Part shown: piece by piece, positions 10,878 through 21,549 of the stretch
Layout: each line of letters begins with the position of its first letter
Position numbering within the stretch: position 1 is the stretch's first letter
IMG/VR virus record: IMGVR_UViG_3300031088_000737
Span: 32,001-96,000 of that record
Reading direction: 5' to 3' (one strand)
DNA from: a virus
Length of the DNA stretch: 64,000 nt
Position numbers and translations under genes: made by a program
Notes under the pieces: generated by a model
The model's input: the letters and a program-made list of their open reading frames with translations, nothing else
What the model was told of the DNA's origin: nothing
Database searches by the model: none

Positions 10878-10891
10878 AACCACCAGATAAC

Positions 10892-10914
10892 AAAAAAGCC
10901 CTTTCGGGCTTTTT
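10892..10914. terminator. Bidirectional intrinsic terminator
   Basis: aaaaaagccc-tttc-gggcttttt. Confidence 0.85.
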
Positions 10915-10920
10915 GTCGTT

Positions 10921-11895
10921 TTAACTTTCGTCATTACTGAGAATATGACTGTATATTTGTTTCATGGTAATAGTGCTGATAGGTGTTTTTGTTTCTTGAT
11001 CAACAACAATACCAAGGGCAGTGTTATTTTCTCTTAATTCAACAATCACATCCATCAAGTTATCATCAGTTTCCAAAATGATAGCTGGTCTTGTAAAATC
11101 AGCCACTGTTGCCATTGTGACACCTTTAACAAATTCAGGAGCCACATCACGGTAAAACACGATACCAATCATTTGATCATTGTTCATCACGAAGAAACGT
11201 TTGTTATTTACGTCTTCAAATGCTGAACGATATGTCATCACTGGTTCATTGTAATCCATAATAACGGGATGAAAATGTTTATCAATAACATCCCCTATCT
11301 TAATTTGTTTAATATTGAAAATCCTTTCCAGCATTTTTTGTTCTGATTTATCAATAATACCATTCTTTCTATAATGCTTGATAGTCATTTTCAACTCGTT
11401 GAGACTCATCAATCGTTTGGATTCCAATTTGAAAATCTTAACCCAAACATAGGTTAGTAAAATGAATGGATAGTTAACAAAGTAAGCATATCGAGGAATC
11501 ACACTGAGTTTAACCAATATCTTTTCATAATTATAGTTTGCAACAATTTTTGGTAATGTTCTGGCGAATACAAGCATGAAGTATGTTAATAGACCAGTGA
11601 AAATTAATACATATTGATGTGGTAAGTATTTTGAAGACATTGCACCCAAAAGGGAGCTACCTAAAATACTACTTAATGTGCTAGAAACTGTCATCGCAGT
11701 AATATGCCAGTCCTTTTTATTCATTATTTTTTCAATACGTTTTTTTTTCTTATCTGGGATGTCGTCTCTGTTCATTAATAGATTTAGTTTTATATCATCC
11801 ATAATCACAAGCGATGATTCAATAAGAGCAAACATACCAGAAATGGCTACGATACCAATAGAAGCAAGTATAAGCAATCCAATTTCTATGTACAT
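10921..11895 (-). CDS. CNNM/DUF21 plus CBS-domain membrane protein (HlyC/CorC family)
   Basis: SGMFALIESSL N-terminal TM, LVFARTLPKIVA, followed by a degenerate CBS pair. Confidence 0.8.
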   Translation of the reverse strand: MYIEIGLLILASIGIVAISGMFALIESSLVIMDDIKLNLLMNRDDIPDKKKKRIEKIMNKKDWHITAMTVSSTLSSILGSSLLGAMSSKYLPHQYVLIFTGLLTYFMLVFARTLPKIVANYNYEKILVKLSVIPRYAYFVNYPFILLTYVWVKIFKLESKRLMSLNELKMTIKHYRKNGIIDKSEQKMLERIFNIKQIKIGDVIDKHFHPVIMDYNEPVMTYRSAFEDVNNKRFFVMNNDQMIGIVFYRDVAPEFVKGVTMATVADFTRPAIILETDDNLMDVIVELRENNTALGIVVDQETKTPISTITMKQIYSHILSNDES

Positions 11896-12000
11896 AAAAG
11901 TCTTCCTTATTAGCGTTTATAATCATCAGTTTAGCACACATATTATCAAAATAAAATGATTATTTTTTTATTTTTTTACAAAATTATTTCAAAATAATTT

Positions 12001-12957
12001 TTAATACTCATACATGCGATACACTTCAAAATCTTTCTCTGTTAAATTGTTGGCGTCTAATCCAAATTCATTGAACAAACTATCAATACTTTCAGCATTA
12101 AATATCTTATTTTGTTTAAAATAATCCAAAGAATATTTAGACAGTAATTCATTCAATGAAAATTCTTTATCTGTCCCGGCTACTCTGATTGTATTTTGAC
12201 CAGTTTTTAATACATAAATATATTGACCAAGACAATTAGCTAAAAAGCCGGTGCAATTGTTGGAAAAGTCTGCAATCAAAAACCATTCATCGTAGCTAAT
12301 ACGTTTTGAAACAAAATACGGCGTTTTTACTAATTTTTGTTTTAATACCATATGTTCGTCAATAAAGTCAACGCCTTTATTTTTATGAATTTCTCTCAAT
12401 TGTCCATTATACAGATGATAGAGATCTGGTTCTCCTGCTTTATCAGCCGCGTAACATTTGTAGACCGGACTATCTCGATCATTATTTACACTGAAATCCA
12501 TCGTTGATTTAATAAAATGATAGTAATTCTTTACACCATTTTTTGACAACACTTTGAAATCCTTTCTGGTTGCATAGATAAATGGGCAGCTATTAACAAT
12601 TTCAACAATGTGGCGGCTAGCATGCTCCAACTTATTTTTTTTACTGGCAGTATCTACTTCTTCCATATAGGTTTTCATATCATCGGTTGGTTTTGGGGTC
12701 ATTTTGAGATTGAATTCATAGACCAGCTTCTTGAAAAAATAGCCGAAATAAAACGCAACATGAAATTGTTGATGTTCGGGTTGAAACTGAATTTTTAGTT
12801 TAAGTTTTCCGCTCACAATTATTGTAAACATGCAATTTTTTTTATCGTAAGCTAAATTGTTTGCTTGATAATGATAAGGGATATCATCTCGATGTTTATT
12901 TGATTCTTGAGAACGTGTGTGCATTCTTAATTGATTGTAATGTTCCCAATAATTCAT
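12001..12957 (-). CDS. Hypothetical protein (C-terminal M-4 family)
   Basis: 318-aa ORF, GGAGG SD; ends VYRMYEY. Confidence 0.75.
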   Translation of the reverse strand: MNYWEHYNQLRMHTRSQESNKHRDDIPYHYQANNLAYDKKNCMFTIIVSGKLKLKIQFQPEHQQFHVAFYFGYFFKKLVYEFNLKMTPKPTDDMKTYMEEVDTASKKNKLEHASRHIVEIVNSCPFIYATRKDFKVLSKNGVKNYYHFIKSTMDFSVNNDRDSPVYKCYAADKAGEPDLYHLYNGQLREIHKNKGVDFIDEHMVLKQKLVKTPYFVSKRISYDEWFLIADFSNNCTGFLANCLGQYIYVLKTGQNTIRVAGTDKEFSLNELLSKYSLDYFKQNKIFNAESIDSLFNEFGLDANNLTEKDFEVYRMYEY

Positions 12958-13139
12958 GATGACCTCCTATAAAGTAGACAAATTATACCACTTATTATAA
13001 TACTTAACAAGGATTATTAAGCAATTTTAAGCTAAGAAACAATTAAAAATGATTACTTTTCAATGATTAAAAAAAAGTATTTGTTTTTTCTTGGAAAGCC
13101 TCTATACTTAGAGATAGTTTATACATAAGGAGTTTAAAT

Positions 13140-14150
13140 ATGATAAAAGTAGCAATTAATGGATTTGGTAGAATTGGCAGAAACGTTTTAAGAGCTTTTC
13201 ACGAGCATCCACATTATAGAAGCTCGATTGAAATCGTCGCCATTAATGATCTTTCTCCCATTGAACATTCCGTTCACTTACTAAAATATGACAGCATTCA
13301 TAAACAGTTTGATAAAATTGTTAAAGCCCACGACGACGAAATTCACATCAATAATCATAAAATTAAATACACATCTATCAAAGATGCTAAGTTGCTGCCT
13401 TGGGCTGCATTAGATGTTGATATCGTATTTGACTGTACAGGTAAATATACCAAGCATGAAACCGCTTCTGACCATTTGGTGGCTGGGGCTAAACGTGTTG
13501 TAGTTTCAGCACCTTGTGATGGAGCTGATAAAACCATTGTCTGGGGTGTGAATGAGAATACATTGGTTGCCAGTGACAAAATCATTTCAAATGCATCCTG
13601 TACCACCAACTGTCTTGCTCCTATTGTAGCACTTATCCATAGAGAGTTTGATATTAAAAATGGCTTAATGACCACTATTCACTCTTATACAGGTGACCAA
13701 CGCTTGGTGGATACTGATCATAGTGATCTTTACAGAGCACGAGCCGCCGCTCTTTCTATGATTCCGTCTAAGACAGGTGCAGCAAAAGCTATCGGCCTGA
13801 TTATTCCAGAATTAAAAGGCAAGATTAATGGACTATCTGTTCGTGTTCCAACCCCTAACGTTTCATTGGTTGACTTTACTTGTAATGTTAATAAAGAAGT
13901 GACTGCAGACGCAGTAAACAATCTCTTCAAGACAGAAGTTGCCAAAGGCGTATTTAACGGTGTATTGGGTTATAACGATGAACCACTAGTCTCTATTGAT
14001 TTCAATCATAATAAGCATTCAAGTGTCTACGATTCCACTCAGACCATTGTGCATGATGGTATGGTCAAAGTGTTTGCATGGTATGATAATGAATGGGGTT
14101 TCTCAAACAGAATGCTTGATTTGGCATTAACCATTTCTAAATTGAAATAA
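13140..14150 (+). CDS. gap: Type I glyceraldehyde-3-phosphate dehydrogenase
   Basis: VAINGFGRIGRN, catalytic ASCTTNCLAP, WYDNEWGFSNRM. Confidence 0.95.
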   Translation: MIKVAINGFGRIGRNVLRAFHEHPHYRSSIEIVAINDLSPIEHSVHLLKYDSIHKQFDKIVKAHDDEIHINNHKIKYTSIKDAKLLPWAALDVDIVFDCTGKYTKHETASDHLVAGAKRVVVSAPCDGADKTIVWGVNENTLVASDKIISNASCTTNCLAPIVALIHREFDIKNGLMTTIHSYTGDQRLVDTDHSDLYRARAAALSMIPSKTGAAKAIGLIIPELKGKINGLSVRVPTPNVSLVDFTCNVNKEVTADAVNNLFKTEVAKGVFNGVLGYNDEPLVSIDFNHNKHSSVYDSTQTIVHDGMVKVFAWYDNEWGFSNRMLDLALTISKLK

Positions 14151-14152
14151 TT

Positions 14153-14175
14153 AAAGGCTCGAAAGAGCCTTTTTT
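14153..14175 (+). terminator. Intrinsic terminator of gap
   Basis: aaaggctc-gaaa-gagcctttttt. Confidence 0.85.
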
Positions 14176-14228
14176 GTTGACATCTACCTATCATTTTTGA
14201 TATCATAGTTCAAATTTAGGAGAATGCT

Positions 14229-15170
14229 ATGTCAACTGTTATCTATAATGCTTATCGTTTTAAATCAAACAGAGCTTCCACTGTTGAAAAAAACAATACG
14301 CTCATTCGTGAAGTGTTGACTAAAAAACTCAAGTCTACTATTTATAAAAAAATGACAGACCTTTTTATTGAATATAAATTTTATCTGATGAGAAATCCAG
14401 AAAAAAAGAATGAACTTAATAGCATTCATAGCTTTTTGGACTTATCTAGTTATGACACACCTAAACAGCAATCAGTTTTTTTGAAAGACTTGATTAATCA
14501 ACGAGTCTATTCTGATACTAAATTTTATAAATTATTTGTTGAAATGACCACTGAATCGACTAGATTTAATCTCAGCAATAACTTTAACCATAAAGTTACA
14601 GTTTATTTTAGAACAGTAGGTGAATATACTTATTATCTTTTTATGAGTAATATGAGTGATGTTACTTTTGATTTTAGGAATGACTTCGAAAGCTACATGC
14701 CTGCGACATTTACAACTTATGATTACTGGAATAATACTGATGGGCCAGATGATATGACCTATGAAGCATGGAGTGGTCGTGGCCGTAAATGGGATAAGGT
14801 ATTCAAGCATAAACCTTCTAATGAAATGAATAAAATTGAAATTGAACTTGAAAATTATTCTTTAATGGATTATCAAAATTGTATTGATTCAATTCCTGAT
14901 GATTATAACCTGTTTAAGCTCTATTATGATGAAATTAGATCGGAAATCTATTTCTCAGAAATTACTGAAAAGTATTTGAAAGAAACTGGTAAACGAAGTG
15001 ATAGTAAAACTTTCCGTGAGACAGTTGCTCGGATTCGACAAGATTTTGCAGATGGCTCTGCGTTAGAACTCTACCCAGAATTTGAGGCAAGTCCTTACAC
15101 TAAGGATAGAATTCTAAATTCATTGTTTTATGACAGCATTCCAAAATCCACTGAAATTCAAATGTGCTGA
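14229..15170 (+). CDS. Hypothetical protein, paralog of 15229..16167
   Basis: Shared YFxTVG and Y(D/E)YxxNTDxPD...AW..R...W motifs. Confidence 0.8.
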   Translation: MSTVIYNAYRFKSNRASTVEKNNTLIREVLTKKLKSTIYKKMTDLFIEYKFYLMRNPEKKNELNSIHSFLDLSSYDTPKQQSVFLKDLINQRVYSDTKFYKLFVEMTTESTRFNLSNNFNHKVTVYFRTVGEYTYYLFMSNMSDVTFDFRNDFESYMPATFTTYDYWNNTDGPDDMTYEAWSGRGRKWDKVFKHKPSNEMNKIEIELENYSLMDYQNCIDSIPDDYNLFKLYYDEIRSEIYFSEITEKYLKETGKRSDSKTFRETVARIRQDFADGSALELYPEFEASPYTKDRILNSLFYDSIPKSTEIQMC

Positions 15171-15228
15171 TTTTGATTGATTTGAAACATAGTAACGTGT
15201 ATAATTGCAGTTAAAATAGGAGAAATAA

Positions 15229-16167
15229 ATGTCAACATGTATTTCAAATGGTTACATACTTGAAACTTCAAACTCTAAAAAAGTGAATAAAGTGAACGAA
15301 CGGCTTCGCCTCATTTTTAATCAAATTTTAAAGGATACATTAGTTTCTAATATGGTTTCCATTATGTCTCCTATTGCTAACTACACCTGTAATTTAAAAT
15401 CTGATTGTGCTGAGCGTCATGATTCTTATTTGGAATGTATTCAGTCTAAAAACCATGAACTACAAAATATAGCATTTGAAACGAGTGTTCGTCATAAGTT
15501 TAGGAATGATGAAGGCACACTTTTTGATTTCACTAAAGATGTCATTGAGTTGATGTCAAACCAAAACATTTATAGTCAATACAGTCTTAATTCGGAAAAA
15601 ATTTATTTCAAAACCGTAGGTCATGTGACTTTATATTTCTTTGCAGTATCCAATGCCGTTGCAGAACAATTTGAAAAAATTAACCAACGTCATAATATTT
15701 TAAAAAAATATGAATACTATGACAATACGGACAAACCCGATGAAGTTACTACAAAAGCTTGGGAACATCGTCGTCATACATGGAATCGTGTATTAGGCCA
15801 TTCTATGAATATTTCCGAAGTTATGTATAATATTCCTATCAAGGTTGATTTTTATGATATTCGTGAAGATACTGTTATGGCTGAACTTCCAGATGAAGCG
15901 GAACGACTTCGTAGTGTTTATAAGCGAAGCCGTCTCAATGAAATATGCCAAGCTCAATTAGCTGAATATGAAGCAAAGCATGGAGCAGCACCTGCTATGT
16001 CTGAATATTCCAATATCTACTTTGAAGCTGCAGAAGCTGTTGCAGAAGAAATTAAACAAGGTGTCTATCTTACGTCTCAAAAACATCTTGATATGATGAT
16101 CAATCAAGAAGATTTCTTTAACGCCATTTTTTACAAAGAAAGCAACTATTTTAAAAAAGAAGATTAA
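15229..16167 (+). CDS. Hypothetical protein, paralog of 14229..15170
   Basis: Same motifs as 14229..15170; AGGAG SD. Confidence 0.8.
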   Translation: MSTCISNGYILETSNSKKVNKVNERLRLIFNQILKDTLVSNMVSIMSPIANYTCNLKSDCAERHDSYLECIQSKNHELQNIAFETSVRHKFRNDEGTLFDFTKDVIELMSNQNIYSQYSLNSEKIYFKTVGHVTLYFFAVSNAVAEQFEKINQRHNILKKYEYYDNTDKPDEVTTKAWEHRRHTWNRVLGHSMNISEVMYNIPIKVDFYDIREDTVMAELPDEAERLRSVYKRSRLNEICQAQLAEYEAKHGAAPAMSEYSNIYFEAAEAVAEEIKQGVYLTSQKHLDMMINQEDFFNAIFYKESNYFKKED

Positions 16168-16168
16168 T

Positions 16169-16852
16169 ATGATTGTAAATGAAATTTATGAACCTGATGA
16201 ACCTGAAATGATTGAGCACATGGACATTTTTCGTGAGGCTCTGTTACCTTACATGTCGGAGGATGCGATTGTTAATATTGAATACATTGGTAATCGTTAT
16301 GATGTCGATATCTCAGAAGGTCGTTTCGCTGGAGTTAGTTTTCTAGGTTATTATTACAATGATTATATCAGCATTGAATTGAAAAGTAAGCAAGCATTTT
16401 ATAAACTATTTGAGCTTTTTCCACAATCTACACCTATTGATTATGAGACTTTAAATAAAAACTTAACTCGTTTTAAATTTTTATATGCGTTTGCTTTTGG
16501 ACGTAATCTTAATATAAAATCCATTAAAAATGAGGATGATTTGCTGAATCATCATACCTATGATGGCCCTAATTATTATCATCTTATAAAAGAACCTGAC
16601 ATGGAAAATTCCAGATTTTCAGTGGGTATGGGTATCGGTATTGATACTCAACCCATTTTGTTGAATAATCATATTTCTTACAATTATTCCACTGAAAAAG
16701 ATTTTTCAAAAGATAAAAATGCTATTCGTAAAAGACACTATAAAGAGTTTGAGGATGCTTTTATTGAGAGATTTATCACAAATCGACTGGGTATTTCAAA
16801 AGCTGATGTGACGTTGGCACATTATAAAATCTTGCGAATGGTAAATATTTAA
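16169..16852 (+). CDS. Hypothetical protein (M-4 family), paralog of 18945..19649
   Basis: Shared YIxIExKS..F...FExFP...IDxExLN block; ends YKILRMVNI. Confidence 0.75.
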   Translation: MIVNEIYEPDEPEMIEHMDIFREALLPYMSEDAIVNIEYIGNRYDVDISEGRFAGVSFLGYYYNDYISIELKSKQAFYKLFELFPQSTPIDYETLNKNLTRFKFLYAFAFGRNLNIKSIKNEDDLLNHHTYDGPNYYHLIKEPDMENSRFSVGMGIGIDTQPILLNNHISYNYSTEKDFSKDKNAIRKRHYKEFEDAFIERFITNRLGISKADVTLAHYKILRMVNI

Positions 16853-16947
16853 AGAACTCCTATTTTGTTATTTTATTTTTTTTTAATGATGTTATAGTTT
16901 AATCAAATCGAGTAAAAAATTTCTAAACTATATAAGGATAACTAAAT

Positions 16948-18804
16948 ATGAGTGGAATTATAGGTCAAATATCATTTGATAAGCAAACAGATAAGCATTT
17001 TATAAAAAAAGGGTTACGTCTTATTGGTCATCGTGGTGAAGATGACAGCGGTTATATGATGACAGACTATGTAGGTATTGGTCATAATCTATTGAGCATT
17101 ACTGGCGATAAAACCAGACAACCCGTAAGTAATAAAGAACGTACTATCTTTGCAGCAGTAAATGGTGAGTTTTACGATTATCAAGATATCATTAAAGAAT
17201 TCAACATGAGTGTCGAGACAAATTCAGATTCTGAAATGATTATTCAACTCTACCAGAGAGGTTTGTTGTTCAAGTATTTAGAGAATGGCAAATTGAATGG
17301 TGAATTCTCATTCTTCCTTTATGACAGTATTAAAAACAAAGTCTACCTTGGAAGAGATTCATTTGGTATTAAACCCCTCTATATTTACCGACACAATGAA
17401 AATGTATATGTATCTTCTGAAATTAAAGGCTTTTTGGCTCTACATAGTTTAGCTTTCGATCCAAACTCATTATACAGTGTGTTAACCATGCAATATCACG
17501 ACACCTATAACACCTTATTTGATGAAGTGAAGCAAGTTCAACCCGGCACTGTATTATTGATTGATGTCAATAAGCGAACGTTCTCTGAAATTACTTATTT
17601 CAACATGAATTTTGAAGAAAACACAAATACCTTTGAAGAAAACAAAATCATCTTGCTTTCCACCCTAAGAAACAGTGTCAGAAGACGCATTGAAAATACT
17701 AAGAAAACAGGGATTGCACTCAGTGGTGGTATTGATTCTGCCTCGGTTCTGGCGTTAGCAGCAGAATGTAGACAACATCTCAATGCCTATACCATTAGTT
17801 TTAAAAATGGAGATGACTATGATGAATTGAAAGCAGCAGAAGAAATGGCTAAACGTTACTCTGCTAATTTTACGCCTATCATTGTTGATGAAAACATGTT
17901 GTTGAAAAACTTAGAGCAGTCTTTGTATCATTCCGAAAACGTTTCAATGAACATGCATGTTGCTTCTAAATATTTGTTGTTTAAGAAAATGGCTGATGAT
18001 GGTTGTAAAGTCTCACTAAGTGGTGAAGGGGCTGATGAAATACTCTTAGGATACCCACATTTTAAAATGGACATGGGATATGGACTTAATATTGAAAATA
18101 ACAAGTACATTTCAGGACTTGATAACTTGTCAGAGATTTTAAACACAGCTAAAATTGAAAAAGAATTAGGTTTTGTACCTACGTTCTTAAAAACTAAATA
18201 TGCATTAGGGTTTAAAATGCATACGCATACGTTGCGTAATGATTACTTAGCTCATTATGTAAACCATGATCCAGCCAGTTATATTATCCGTTTGTATGAA
18301 TTATCGAAAAAGAACAAACCCGTCTTTAATTCAAGTATTCTATGGAGTAAAATAGGCATGAGTAACTATGTGCTCAATGCCCTATGTGATAAAGTCGAAA
18401 TGGCTCACACGATTGAAGGCCGAGTGCCTTTCTTAGATACTGAGTTTTATAACTTTGCTCGCACTATTCCACTTGACCAGAAAATTCATATGGGTCAAGA
18501 AAAATATATCCTTAAAGAAGCTATGAAACCGTTCATTACTGATACAATTTACAATCAGGAAAAACAACCTTTCATTTCACCACCTTTGTTTAACTGGCAG
18601 AACAGTAAGTTTGTGTATGAGCACTTAATGGATGTTGTGCATTCCTCTACTATTCTTAATAGTCATTGTTTTGATCAAGCAAAGATACTGAATATGATTG
18701 ATTTGATTAAGGCTGGAAAACTTGAAGCCAGTAGTTATGACCAAGTGATTATGATGATATTTAGTCTTTATTATTTAGATAAAAACTTTTGTAGAAATCC
18801 TTAA
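16948..18804 (+). CDS. asnB: Asparagine synthase (AsnB)-like amidotransferase with Ser in place of the catalytic N-terminal Cys
   Basis: HRGED, VNGEFY, GRDSFGIKPLY, LSGGIDSA, SGEGADE, EGRVPFLD; N-terminus MSGII. Confidence 0.85.
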   Translation: MSGIIGQISFDKQTDKHFIKKGLRLIGHRGEDDSGYMMTDYVGIGHNLLSITGDKTRQPVSNKERTIFAAVNGEFYDYQDIIKEFNMSVETNSDSEMIIQLYQRGLLFKYLENGKLNGEFSFFLYDSIKNKVYLGRDSFGIKPLYIYRHNENVYVSSEIKGFLALHSLAFDPNSLYSVLTMQYHDTYNTLFDEVKQVQPGTVLLIDVNKRTFSEITYFNMNFEENTNTFEENKIILLSTLRNSVRRRIENTKKTGIALSGGIDSASVLALAAECRQHLNAYTISFKNGDDYDELKAAEEMAKRYSANFTPIIVDENMLLKNLEQSLYHSENVSMNMHVASKYLLFKKMADDGCKVSLSGEGADEILLGYPHFKMDMGYGLNIENNKYISGLDNLSEILNTAKIEKELGFVPTFLKTKYALGFKMHTHTLRNDYLAHYVNHDPASYIIRLYELSKKNKPVFNSSILWSKIGMSNYVLNALCDKVEMAHTIEGRVPFLDTEFYNFARTIPLDQKIHMGQEKYILKEAMKPFITDTIYNQEKQPFISPPLFNWQNSKFVYEHLMDVVHSSTILNSHCFDQAKILNMIDLIKAGKLEASSYDQVIMMIFSLYYLDKNFCRNP

Positions 18805-18835
18805 AATGAAATGAACACTACAATTTGACAAATAT

Positions 18836-18857
18836 AACAGCCGTCAGGCTGTTTTTT
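18836..18857 (+). terminator. Intrinsic terminator
   Basis: aacagcc-gtca-ggctgtttttt. Confidence 0.8.
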
Positions 18858-18944
18858 GTTGTTATTTTAATATTGATTTGATATAATCGTTAGAATTTAA
18901 TAATATTTTTAAAAAATATTACCCACTATTGAGAGTTAATAATT

Positions 18945-19649
18945 ATGGAATATGACGAAGCAGCAATAATGAAAATGATTGAAGAATCTGACATTAAAAC
19001 GAAGGACGTAATGAAAATAATAAAACCAGTATTTGAAAAAATAGTTAATTTAACTCATTCATCTGATTTTCATTCAAATGAATATGAATTTGTTTTAAGT
19101 TATGATATACCTGAAAAACCTTTTTATGGTTCTTATTTCATGGGAACCTATAACAAAGATACCAATTATATTGATATTGAAATTAAATCAGAAAATGGAT
19201 TTAATCAGTTTTTTGAGATTTTCCCATCAGCACCCAAAATAGATTTTGAACACCTTAATCATGTTATTCATGAATTTCGTTTAATGTATGCTTTTATGTT
19301 GGGTGAAGATGTTGTATTCACTGTTAATTCAATGGAAGATGTTAAAGACCATTTCTACTGGTGTGGGAACAACTATCGTTTTTCAGTAAGATTATTTGAT
19401 GAGCATATTCATGACGATAATCATTTTGTTATTAACATATTTTATGGAATTTGTACGGAAACCTGCCAGATGACGCAGACGTATAAGTATGATTTTAAAC
19501 ACCCGAAAATTGGTTTCTCTTGTGAACGATGGGATTCAATTGATGAAATCAAAACAGAGTTCTTTAAATATGTCGCTAAAATGTTAAATAAACCTGTCAG
19601 TGAGATAACATTAATGGATTATAAACTATTGCCTATGTTGAATGTTTAA
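18945..19649 (+). CDS. Hypothetical protein (M-4 family), paralog of 16169..16852
   Basis: Ends YKLLPMLNV. Confidence 0.75.
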   Translation: MEYDEAAIMKMIEESDIKTKDVMKIIKPVFEKIVNLTHSSDFHSNEYEFVLSYDIPEKPFYGSYFMGTYNKDTNYIDIEIKSENGFNQFFEIFPSAPKIDFEHLNHVIHEFRLMYAFMLGEDVVFTVNSMEDVKDHFYWCGNNYRFSVRLFDEHIHDDNHFVINIFYGICTETCQMTQTYKYDFKHPKIGFSCERWDSIDEIKTEFFKYVAKMLNKPVSEITLMDYKLLPMLNV

Positions 19650-19658
19650 GGAGTTCTA

Positions 19659-20291
19659 ATGTTATATGTTGATTATGAACAGTTCATGCAAGACATGCAG
19701 TCAGAAACAAATATAAAACTACCAGAACATAATAGATTCTCAGGCTACTATGATGAGAAAAACTTTATTTCATGTAATCGTAAATCAGATGACTTGGTAT
19801 TGTTTGAAGCGTCCTTAAGACACAATGAGAATTACAGTAAAAACGAAGTCAGTTTGAAAATCCCTTTTGAAATCATTAATAAAAAAATTGTTTTAAACTA
19901 TCCAATTGACAATGTTCAAATTATGGATGGCATTGCCCGCACTAATGAGTATTTGCCTGTCTACCATTCCGTTGAGATTGCTGGCAAAAGCAAGACTGAC
20001 TTATTTGAAGATTATTATACGTCAAATTTATTGATTTCTGCCGATTTAGTGATTACGACTGACATCCATCGAAATGTGTCTTATATCTTAGATGACATTC
20101 ATTTTGATTTTCAAATACAATATAGACTGTATGGTGGTTACAAAGTCATGAGTATACAAAATATATTTAAACACGTTGATGATAAGCTTAAATCAAAATT
20201 CTATACAAACAACCAGCATTATGAACAACTCAGTATGAATGAGCGTGTGTGGTTATATAACATTGCAAATAAATTGTCAGCTAACTTTTAA
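19659..20291 (+). CDS. Hypothetical protein, distant paralog of 20361/20964
   Basis: AGGAG SD; similar size and ...IP...N... layout. Confidence 0.7.
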   Translation: MLYVDYEQFMQDMQSETNIKLPEHNRFSGYYDEKNFISCNRKSDDLVLFEASLRHNENYSKNEVSLKIPFEIINKKIVLNYPIDNVQIMDGIARTNEYLPVYHSVEIAGKSKTDLFEDYYTSNLLISADLVITTDIHRNVSYILDDIHFDFQIQYRLYGGYKVMSIQNIFKHVDDKLKSKFYTNNQHYEQLSMNERVWLYNIANKLSANF

Positions 20292-20360
20292 ATCAGTAGA
20301 TTTATCGTTAAAAATTTGCTATAATATGGCATTAGAAAATTATAGAGAAGGTAAACTACT

Positions 20361-20963
20361 ATGAAGACATTTGACAGCGATAAGTTCCTTAATACTTTTC
20401 AAGCGTATTTTGATTTAAAGGTCGAGAAAGGCCGCACCACTTATTACTATGGTAAAAAAGATCTCACGATTTATTACAATACTGAAAACTATCTGACATC
20501 CAACGATCTTCGTATTATGGTTATGGATTTTAAATACACTGAGCAAATTGAAAATCTTTCGTTGTTTGTTCGTATTCCTTTGGACAATGGTTTTAATAAA
20601 GCGAATGGGATGACAATTAACAGTGGTGTTATTAAAAATCATATTAAAAAAGCAAAAGATTACCTCCCAATCTTTAAACAAATTACAAAAGCATCTTATA
20701 ATGGAAAGCCTTACTTGCTGATTAAATGTAATGTTGATCAAGTGCATGATGAACGTGGAATTCTTCGTCATAAAATTAGCAATGTGAGCTATCAGTTTGA
20801 AATTTCTTTTAACGTCAAAGAAAATGGTCAATCGGATAGTTGCACTGACTATATTAGTTATGTGGATCGCCATCTTGATGATTATTTCTCTAAAACAGAT
20901 GTCGATGTGAGTGGAGCAGACTACAAGCGTAAATTAGACCTTTATAGCATGATTGTAATTTGA
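20361..20963 (+). CDS. Hypothetical protein (M-4 family), paralog of 20964..21548
   Basis: Ends DVDVSGADYKRKLDLYSMIVI. Confidence 0.75.
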   Translation: MKTFDSDKFLNTFQAYFDLKVEKGRTTYYYGKKDLTIYYNTENYLTSNDLRIMVMDFKYTEQIENLSLFVRIPLDNGFNKANGMTINSGVIKNHIKKAKDYLPIFKQITKASYNGKPYLLIKCNVDQVHDERGILRHKISNVSYQFEISFNVKENGQSDSCTDYISYVDRHLDDYFSKTDVDVSGADYKRKLDLYSMIVI

Positions 20964-21548
20964 ATGAAAAAAATTAATTTTGATATTTTTTCCAAAAGCT
21001 TTCAAGACTATTTTGGATTTAATATGAGCATCGGCACTGCAAAACATTATGATGGTCCAGATAGATTAATCGTTATCTATGAATATAATCCATCATTTTT
21101 AAGAAGAACTGGTTTTACGATTAAAGAAAATAATGGTTTATTGAAAGTTTATGCAGAAATACCAATGGACTACACATTCAATAAAAACAATCCGTTAATT
21201 TTAAACGGTCAAGAAGTCCAAGAAAAAATTGATGAAGCTATTCACTATTTTTCTGTCTTTCGTAAAATAGTTGATGTGGATGAATACTATAAACCTTATT
21301 TGAATATTAATTTCATTATTGATGAAGTGACAGAAGGTGACGAAATTGTTAAATATAATATATCAACTGTCACTTATAACTTTGAAATGACGTATAACAG
21401 TAAAGTAAATGGACGAGAGGACAATTCTAAAAACTTTTTGGTAGTGGTTCAGGACTATCTTGATAAATATTTCCAAAAGAATGACATTGATGTTACAGGA
21501 TCGAGTTATAAAGAAAAAATTGACTTATATAACATGATGGAGATTTAA
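20964..21548 (+). CDS. Hypothetical protein (M-4 family)
   Basis: Ends DIDVTGSSYKEKIDLYNMMEI. Confidence 0.75.
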   Translation: MKKINFDIFSKSFQDYFGFNMSIGTAKHYDGPDRLIVIYEYNPSFLRRTGFTIKENNGLLKVYAEIPMDYTFNKNNPLILNGQEVQEKIDEAIHYFSVFRKIVDVDEYYKPYLNINFIIDEVTEGDEIVKYNISTVTYNFEMTYNSKVNGREDNSKNFLVVVQDYLDKYFQKNDIDVTGSSYKEKIDLYNMMEI

Positions 21549-21549
21549 T

